Translations under genes and position numbers: made by a program | Virus record (IMG/VR): IMGVR_UViG_3300027762_000294 | Coordinates: 1-64,000 of that record | Source: a virus | Length of the DNA stretch: 64,000 bases | Direction: 5' to 3' (one strand) | The notes under the pieces: generated by a model | Database searches by the model: none | Seen by the model: only the letters and a program-made list of their open reading frames with translations | Told to the model about the DNA's origin: nothing | Shown here: piece after piece, positions 57,014 to 64,000 of the stretch | Layout: each line of letters begins with the position of its first letter | Numbering within the stretch: position 1 is the stretch's first letter

Positions 57014-57074
57014 TCCTCTGGAAAATTAATCCAAGAAAAGGGAATATTTATCTTTTCTTGGATCGGGTGTAAAA

Positions 57075-57726
57075 TTACTTATTCTTGTCCATACTTCTCT
57101 TAATCTCCTTAGAGATCGGTTGATCTAGTTGGCGATCTAAGTTAAACAAAACCTCAACAACACTCAATTTGTTAAAGTAACTTGCCCATGGGGCAATGTC
57201 AACCAAGCGGATGAAAGCGTCGATAGGAACCGGGTTGAAATGGGCACCCCATTCACCTAAAATAATTGGATATGAGGATCGTGCCATTGAATATAAATTC
57301 AAAACCAAGACGTCAAAAAAAGCCAAGTCATGAGTTTTGGACTCAAGAGCTTGGCTTTGGGTTTTCAATTCAGGTGGTAGCTCTAGTCCGCTTTCTGTAT
57401 AGAAATTTATAGCGTCTTGAATAAGGCTTAAATCTGAACCGCCTCCTGTATATGTTTTAACAACCTGTTCATTCACAGCCTCGATATTGAGATAGTCTCG
57501 AATATTGAGCTTTGTGTTTTCACTTCCTAAAGTTGACACTCGGTCTCTAAACACGTCGTCATCCTTTAAAAATGGAATTAGCTCCTCGGGGGCTGTGAAT
57601 TCTCCGCCTTCAATTCTAATGAGCAAACTCAAGGCTTCTTCATACGAAACCCCTTCCTGCAATGCTTCCTGGAAAAAGGGGTTATCAAAAGAGGATACCG
57701 AAAAACGAATTAATCCAGTTTTTTTT
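57075..57726 (-). CDS. Tail assembly chaperone GT extension (-1 frameshift product)
   Basis: The -1 frame is open from the A8 tract (57719-57726) into ORF 57075-57662, which has only a TTG start. Confidence 0.75.
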
Positions 57727-58273
57727 GGGCTAAATAGTAACGATCCGTTGAACTAAATGACGAGATTAAGGGGTATAGGTTATCGTGCTGACTTAGAGCC
57801 AACTTTAGACCTGGTTTGTCTTTGATCGTCAATTCTTGACCTTGATAATGAATGCCGGATGACATGTCAACAATCAGATGGTCTACCATCATGTCAATTT
57901 GATGGCTGCGGGATTCTTCTGCACTTGGGAGTTTCACTCCCGCATTGGTTGACGATCCTGATAAACCTCGTTTCTTTGAACCTTTGTCATCATTGATAAT
58001 TCGCTGCGTGTAAAAATTTTGAATCCCATCTCGATATGGTTGATAACTAACATGACGCAGAATAAACCAAGGTAACTCGGAAGCTAACTGATTAGCCTCT
58101 TCAGAAGATCCCATTGATTTGACTAAGTCCTCATATGAACAAAGATCAAGATCGCGTTCTGCTTGACCATCATATTCGACAGCCACGAGATATCCCTTTA
58201 CTCCCTCAACTAATAGTTGTTTGGAGATATACATCGTTTCCACATCTTTGTTGGGTTTTCCATATTTAGCCAT
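57710..58273 (-). CDS. Tail assembly chaperone (gpG-like)
   Basis: Ends CAA AAA AAA CTG GAT TAA (slippery A AAA AAA); lies downstream of the tail-tube genes. Confidence 0.75.
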   Translation of the reverse strand: MAKYGKPNKDVETMYISKQLLVEGVKGYLVAVEYDGQAERDLDLCSYEDLVKSMGSSEEANQLASELPWFILRHVSYQPYRDGIQNFYTQRIINDDKGSKKRGLSGSSTNAGVKLPSAEESRSHQIDMMVDHLIVDMSSGIHYQGQELTIKDKPGLKLALSQHDNLYPLISSFSSTDRYYLAQKKLD

Positions 58274-58859
58274 TGCGTTTTCCTCTTTTAGTGGTAGTTG
58301 AGACCTTAGTCTCTGTTGGTTGAACAGGTGGGGTAATGAGCTCTAATGCTGCCTTCTGAAAATCTCGATAAAACATTCTACTGAACGTTTCATTATCAGA
58401 TACAACATACTCTCGTTTAACCGCACGGGCGGACGGTGTGTTGGTTTCATTGGGCTTAACCAAATCCCAAGAAATGGGTTTGGCATAATAAACGACTAAT
58501 GGGTCTACAATTTCAGTAATGGCAACCAGCACATTGTGTTTCATAGCTGAATATAAACGATGATGCCCATCGGCAACATACAAATCACCATTTGAATTAC
58601 GTTCGCAAACAACGGGAATTCTAACAACCCCGTTTATAATTTCAATTCGATTCGACATTAACTCCAAAGGACTGTTAACACAAATATTGTCCCAAAATTC
58701 CAGTTTTCGATTATCTAAATAGAACTGGGTCGGTCTTACGTTCTCTTTTATTTCACGGGAATTGTAAAGAGATGTTGTTATGCGCCGTCCTTTGTAGGGT
58801 TTGATATCCGGATAATCTTTTAACCCCACATTTTGTAAAAAGGCAATTAAAGAAGTCAC
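58266..58859 (-). CDS. ParB/Srx-like domain protein
   Basis: IPVV...LYVADGHHRLYSA. Confidence 0.65.
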   Translation of the reverse strand: MTSLIAFLQNVGLKDYPDIKPYKGRRITTSLYNSREIKENVRPTQFYLDNRKLEFWDNICVNSPLELMSNRIEIINGVVRIPVVCERNSNGDLYVADGHHRLYSAMKHNVLVAITEIVDPLVVYYAKPISWDLVKPNETNTPSARAVKREYVVSDNETFSRMFYRDFQKAALELITPPVQPTETKVSTTTKRGKRNG

Positions 58860-58860
58860 T

Positions 58861-60485
58861 TCAGTTTATTCTCCATGTTGAATTTGAATTGAGGGTAAAT
58901 ATAGAGGTGGACAGGTCTATTGAAAACTCTCCAAACCCATCCACAACATCGGTACACGCATATTTAATGCCTAGCTGGACATTGAACAGCCCTGTTGAGG
59001 GGGGCACAGGTCCTATGCCGCTAATTGAATATTCGTAAGTTTCAACTCCTTTCACAATAGAAGTTGTCGAGTCGAAATTTGTAACCTGTGAATATATGTT
59101 TTTTTTAACAAACGAAAATTCAGTAACAAAATAATTTTTTGGGAATGTCAGCTTATAAAAGCCATCCTCAAGTTGAATATATCCATTTCTAACAACGCCA
59201 CTACGATCAATTATCTCTCTAGTGGAATTGTTTGAAATATACTTTATTCTTTCCAGGACGCGGTTTGAGCTTTGATCCCAAGAATACCCAATCTCATTTA
59301 TGTGGGCATCTTCAAATGTATATTTGACAATAGATCGGGATACTCCTGGAATAACATGCTCGTTTAATGTGTAAAGACTTAAGGTCAGTCCGCTATTAAA
59401 AAATACATCGGGGTTAAAATGGATATTTTCTACAGTTAAAGCATACCTTGGGAACTGCCTAACAACTCTATCAGTTTTCCCTAATGTAACATCAATATAA
59501 CCTTCATTTGCAAGACCTGTTAAATCGTGAACCTCAGTCCTTATTGGACACCATACTGAACTATTACTCTGTAATGGTGATAGAAATACGGATCTTCGTG
59601 AGATTAGCCGCACCCCCCACCCCAAACCGTGCGGGACACTTTCGCGTCACACGGCTTTCAAAGTCTTATGGCTAGGTTCTGTGACCTATGCCAACATTCA
59701 GTTCTATTTGGAAGTCAAGAAGTGTCATTTTGTCCATAGGCACCTCCTTTATTAAGTTAAGTTTTACATCTGAATTGATCTTAACTTCCAATTTTCCCTA
59801 AATGCTCTAAATAAAGTTGTTTGCAAATACTCAACATGTTTTCGAGCCTTTTTAATTAAGCCCGGTGTAAATTGCCATTTCTTACGAGGATCGTAAGCTC
59901 TGACGGCTTTTTTACTCACCTTGGTATCCAAAGTTTATTCTTTATCTAGATAGACTCCTAGCGTACTTCTGCCCCTAACTCCCTTGGGTCGTTGCGTTTC
60001 TGTCTGCCAACGTATTGTTCGTCGTCCCTTACTCGCATATTATTACGCCTCTGTGAGATTAAGGTTAACTCTCTATAAAGTTGATCTACCTTGACCTAAT
60101 CTTAACCTCATCCCTAATTTTGATTAATCCGAATATATTAACTGATTTAGACTGAGACTTTACCCCTTACACTTTTAGATGATTATGCAGTTGTATGCAC
60201 TGTTGCATATAAGTGTCTTAACTCTGTTGGGATTTAGAGGCTTCAATCGTCTCTTCGCATATTGCTAGTCATGTCAGTTTCTGCTCAGGCTAAGGTTTTA
60301 AACAGAGTTTCCTAATTCCTTAAATACGCCCTTTTGTCCCTTCGCTATACACCCTGATCCTGTTATAGCAAGTCAGAGGTCTGAAGGTAAGCACACCACG
60401 TCTCATCAGTGGCGAGGGAATTGCACCCCATTTCAGATTATCTTTCGTAACCATTTGAGTTGGCTACTTATTTAGGCACACGCAT
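58861..60485 (-). CDS. Intron-split tail gene, join(60485..60482,59573..58861), 238 aa
   Basis: Splicing gives ATG C|TA CAG AGT in frame with ORF 58861; the track's TTG start at 59625 lies within intron DV/DVI. Confidence 0.7.
59574..60481 (-). mobile_element. Group II intron (IIB-like), 908 nt, RT gene deleted
   Basis: 5' GUGUG; GGGGUGCAAUUCCC domain Ic hairpin. EBS2 (60227-60232) and EBS1 loop GCAUACA (60192-60198) complement the exon end TTGGGA-TGTATGC. DV AGCCGUGUGACGCGAAAGUGUCCCGCACGGUU; DVI with bulged A 8 nt from the terminal AU. Confidence 0.92.
59764..59931 (-). pseudogene. Truncated intron-encoded RT (RVT_N-like remnant, 55 aa)
   Basis: KKARKHVEYLQTTLFRAFRENWKLRSIQ resembles the W..KA...V..LQ.RI..A......VR.LQ N-terminal motif of chloroplast-like-class group II RTs. 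Confidence 0.65.
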
Positions 60486-61980
60486 ACATCCCAAACATAA
60501 CAGTATAACCCATATTAGATTTACCGGCTGAGAACTCAACATTAACAGCTGTTGGGGTATTAAGAGCGGGGTTATCATCGTTTGCAATCAATGTTACAGA
60601 GGGCAAATGAATAGTCAAATATTGAGTTTTCCCGTTTGAACCTTCGCAACCCTTAACACTTTGCAAAACCACAAATAGATTTGCCACACAAGAATTAGCC
60701 GACGCCATAATCAATCTTAAAGTTTTGTCATCTAAAAAGCTCTTAAAAGTCCCACCGATTTGTGATAAGTTGTTCACGCTTATTTTGTTAGGATATAGAG
60801 CGTCATTGTGTTCTTCAGAAGTTCTCCCTGATTTTTCAACCATATATGTTTCCCCTGTCTTCAATGTAAACTCAGACACGGGGTACACCTTCCCATTGAG
60901 ATAGAGAAAAGACTTAGACCCAATGAACGGCAATCCGATACTGTTATCTTTAACCAGCTTTGAATAGGGGGGCGTTCCTATCTCGGTAGGATCCGTTGTG
61001 GTTGGGCTGATATAAAAGTCGCCTCCACATAACGCGCCAAAATTCATAGTGACTAATTCATTGGATGGGGATGATAAATCAAGCGAGTGAATTACAGCCC
61101 CTCGTAAACCTTTGTAATATTTCAATGCCTCGTTTGCAACAACCAAGTTAAATGAGCTGACTTTTGTACCATTCTTAACAGTGTCAAACATATCAAGTGA
61201 CCAAGAAGACAGGTCTGTCACTTCAAAATTTCGAGTTGTTTTGAAAGTAAAATTATTGACTCCCACGGAATCAACATAAAAGATTCCGCTAGTTGCAAGT
61301 TTTTGAGAAGTTCCTTTGATGATAAATGGCTGCCCTACTTCCATAGACGAGCCACCTGTAAAAGTGTAAGTGTATAGGTTAGTTAGAGGATCAAACAATT
61401 TAGACCCTGTAAACCCAGTTACATTTAGAGTTGACCCATATTTAACTTCCCCGTGTAATACAGAAGCTATAGCATTCTTTGCAAAATCAGTCCCTGTGTA
61501 ATTTGTTTCTAGAGTAGTGGTTACAGTGAACCCTGTGATTTGCTTATTAGCTACCTGCCCATCATCACTTAAACAAACAGCTTCCGCCGATTCGGCAGCC
61601 CGTTGAATTCCTCCTGCCTTGAAGCAAATTTGTGTAAATTCAGGGAGAATGTACCACTCAGAATAGTTACCTGCTAAAGCCGCAACTAAATCAATGTTAG
61701 TAGACGGTGTCAATAATGCACTAAAGCTCCCATTCGTCTCGGTAATAATAGAATCAAAACCGAATTCATAATCCACACCATTTACTTTAACCCACACAGG
61801 TTGCCCAACAGAATATGTTGAAAAAATTTCTTTGTCAGTTATCCGTTTTAGCTTGACTTTATCAGCTGACATTTCTAAGGTATTAACTGGAGTGACTCGA
61901 TATCGTTCATAAGGCGGCTCCCCAAAAATTTCTTCAGATGCATACCCCATACTTACGTTACTATTTACTAATGTTGGCAT
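60472..61980 (-). CDS. Major tail tube protein (paralogue 1)
   Basis: GAGGA RBS; MGYASEEIFGE.P start and NG..V.SF / IHLP.V / V.F.A tube pattern; upstream of the chaperones. C-terminus is YACA* unspliced, YATE* spliced. Confidence 0.75.
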   Translation of the reverse strand: MPTLVNSNVSMGYASEEIFGEPPYERYRVTPVNTLEMSADKVKLKRITDKEIFSTYSVGQPVWVKVNGVDYEFGFDSIITETNGSFSALLTPSTNIDLVAALAGNYSEWYILPEFTQICFKAGGIQRAAESAEAVCLSDDGQVANKQITGFTVTTTLETNYTGTDFAKNAIASVLHGEVKYGSTLNVTGFTGSKLFDPLTNLYTYTFTGGSSMEVGQPFIIKGTSQKLATSGIFYVDSVGVNNFTFKTTRNFEVTDLSSWSLDMFDTVKNGTKVSSFNLVVANEALKYYKGLRGAVIHSLDLSSPSNELVTMNFGALCGGDFYISPTTTDPTEIGTPPYSKLVKDNSIGLPFIGSKSFLYLNGKVYPVSEFTLKTGETYMVEKSGRTSEEHNDALYPNKISVNNLSQIGGTFKSFLDDKTLRLIMASANSCVANLFVVLQSVKGCEGSNGKTQYLTIHLPSVTLIANDDNPALNTPTAVNVEFSAGKSNMGYTVMFGMYACA

Positions 61981-62075
61981 ATGTTTATTCCTCTCTTGTT
62001 ATAGTGTTAAAACAATCCAAAAAAAATAAAAGATTAATTTATCTCTCCCGTTTTCTTGGATTGGTTTGGTTTTTT

Positions 62076-64000
62076 TTATCCTTTCCAGTAATTTAAACTA
62101 TATGTGTAATCGTATAATGGGGAATAAGCGGCACTATATTCCATTGTGACAGCCGTTGGGGTGTTTGATGCCGGGTTATCAACTGTAGCTACAACCGTTA
62201 CATTGGGAATATGAATCAAGAATTCATCACGGATATTTGAACCATCGTTTAAGCATGTAGCTGCACTAGACCCCCTTAAAATCAAACTGCCGGTGCAATT
62301 ATTGTTAAACTTTTCAATTTGTTGAATCATCGATTGAGACAAGAATCCCTTAGTACTCCCACTGACTCCACTAAAAGAATTCAAGTTGACAATCCCCGGG
62401 TATTCTCCGCTGGTATCTGTTAAATCGTCTGAACCTGCATTTACGTAATCGGTAGCAACTAAATCGCCCGTTCTGAAACTGAATTCGCTAACTGGGAATA
62501 CCTTGCCATTCAAATAAATGATGGAATTAGACCCCGTAAAGGAATGATTAAACCCTGAATCAATTAAGGTTGAATGATAGGGGTGTGGGGTGGGGTCTGT
62601 TAAACTTGGATTAGACTCATAACCCCCAACACCATCTACAGTCGTGTTGAGACTCATCATTTCGGTGAGGTTTGATGTAATTTCAAACGACTTGGTTAAG
62701 CAGCCGGGCAATCGAATGTAATAACCAATTCCTGTATTTACTTGGGTTAGTGTATAAGGAATAACATCCTTTCCATTATGTACGTGCGCCATCACTTTAA
62801 TATTCATTAAAACTGTTATTGTTGAAGACGGCACACTAGCAAGGTGGGAAAAACGGATGCCCCCACTCGTCCCGGTACATAAAAGAGGTTTATTTGCGAT
62901 TTTGGTATTAGGATAATCGCTAATCATAAAAAACACGCCCTTCGTAACCCCTGGAATCGGATATGGAATTAAATAATCAAATAACCCTGTGGTAGAATTT
63001 TGACCTAAATTAGTCAATTGAGCAGTTATAGCCACTGACGATTGGGAACTCCAAGTCGACCTACTCGCACTGGACAACATTAATAATGCAGGGTCGGATA
63101 AAGATAGAAACATATTTACTGTCGTGGCTAAACTATACCGAGTTCTGATCTTGGGACCGACCTGTCCCTCAATAGTCATACAAGGCTGTTCTACCGCTTC
63201 AGGCGTTCTTTGAATACCGCCATCTTTATAACAAATCTTAGTAAATGAGGGATAAACTTTTAACTCACCTGCTAAAACAGTCACGGGCTCTGTAGACCCA
63301 TCCGACCGAACGTATTGATCATCTCCAACTTTAATAAACTCAATTCCCGCGGCGTCTAAAGATGAGCCCACGGGCAAATTCTTGAGTAACTCTAAGTCTG
63401 GCTCCCCAAAGCTAAATAAGCCTTGCGGTGGGGTTACAGTTTCAAATGTCACATTTACTTTCTGAATAGGGCTTGGGATGAAAACCCCTTGGGTAATATC
63501 TTCAAGTGCACTCACTGTGAAGGTCAGTGGGTTTACAACTGTAACGGCAAAACCAGATTCCTCAAGTTTAGACTTAACTTTATCTTTAAAATTAGTATAC
63601 GTATTCCCTTGAGTTAAATACACATAACGAGTCAAACCGTCTTTTGAATCGTCTTGATATGTGGATGTGACAATAAAGTCATAACCAACACCCCCTCTCA
63701 CAAAACGCAATCGATCTCCGTCTGAAATATTAATATTCTCTAGGATATCTTGATTCTCAAAGCTTAAAGTGCGACGGCGGCTTACAGGTAACGCCCCTTC
63801 AATTATAACAGCATTCTCACTTAAAAGCTCTAACCGAGTTGGGTTGTAAGCTTTGGCTGTGATTACAAATTTACTATTGGGAGTATCGATTGTAGTCGTG
63901 TAATCAGTCAATATTAAATTCATTTTAGCCACAAGATTAGGTTTGTAATCCACTCCATCATCATAAGAGTAATACACCCGTGTTAATGGGTTGTCGGGCG
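62076..64000 (-). CDS. Tail-tube paralogue 2 with a long N-terminal extension (5' partial)
   Basis: Shares FTxICxKxGGIQR, YLNGKVxPVSEF and IHxPxVTxxAxxDNPAxNTPTAV with paralogue 1; the frame stays open to the window edge. Confidence 0.75.
   Translation of the reverse strand, partial: PDNPLTRVYYSYDDGVDYKPNLVAKMNLILTDYTTTIDTPNSKFVITAKAYNPTRLELLSENAVIIEGALPVSRRRTLSFENQDILENINISDGDRLRFVRGGVGYDFIVTSTYQDDSKDGLTRYVYLTQGNTYTNFKDKVKSKLEESGFAVTVVNPLTFTVSALEDITQGVFIPSPIQKVNVTFETVTPPQGLFSFGEPDLELLKNLPVGSSLDAAGIEFIKVGDDQYVRSDGSTEPVTVLAGELKVYPSFTKICYKDGGIQRTPEAVEQPCMTIEGQVGPKIRTRYSLATTVNMFLSLSDPALLMLSSASRSTWSSQSSVAITAQLTNLGQNSTTGLFDYLIPYPIPGVTKGVFFMISDYPNTKIANKPLLCTGTSGGIRFSHLASVPSSTITVLMNIKVMAHVHNGKDVIPYTLTQVNTGIGYYIRLPGCLTKSFEITSNLTEMMSLNTTVDGVGGYESNPSLTDPTPHPYHSTLIDSGFNHSFTGSNSIIYLNGKVFPVSEFSFRTGDLVATDYVNAGSDDLTDTSGEYPGIVNLNSFSGVSGSTKGFLSQSMIQQIEKFNNNCTGSLILRGSSAATCLNDGSNIRDEFLIHIPNVTVVATVDNPASNTPTAVTMEYSAAYSPLYDYTYSLNYWKG

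Noticed and set aside
59574-59625. N-terminus MGWGVRLISRRSVFLSP of ORF 58861-59625
   Set aside because: It is the translated end of intron DV/DVI; no RBS
1-64000. Stop-codon reassignment, tRNA genes, integrase or inteins
   Set aside because: Genes are dense and intact in code 11 using TAA, TAG and TGA stops; I saw no cloverleaf, recombinase or intein motifs by eye (not exhaustively excluded)

Overview
This window looks like the left ~64 kb of a large, AT-rich tailed dsDNA phage (siphovirus-like; standard genetic code; probably a Gram-negative host). It starts with a fold-back palindrome (1-333): 119-bp perfect arms around an imperfectly paired, AT-rich 95-nt centre, resembling a covalently closed hairpin end. 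Next comes an early/host-takeover array (0.5-5.5 kb) of small genes, mostly from two paralogue families. It has three near-identical sigma70 promoters and a repeated GNRA-tetraloop hairpin between the genes. A 1.7-kb non-coding block follows, with a 312-bp tandem duplication, IHF-consensus sites and short repeats. The rest of the + strand encodes class I RNR beta and alpha, a RusA-like protein, an MtrA-like/ThyA-like/DUF4346 fusion, a Dam-type methylase, an exported envelope-remodelling cluster (L,D-transpeptidase, lytic transglycosylase, M48 protease), a TOPRIM/SF3 primase-helicase, PolB, TerL and a beta-clamp-like protein. The converging - strand carries two tail-tube paralogues and a 908-nt group II intron lacking a full RT, whose splicing would supply the start codon of the next gene. 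It also carries a ParB-like protein, -1 frameshift tail chaperones, an M15 endolysin with a holin-like gene, and a 7744-aa tape measure protein with SLT and NlpC/P60 domains. All calls come from reading motifs by eye; no database searches were run.
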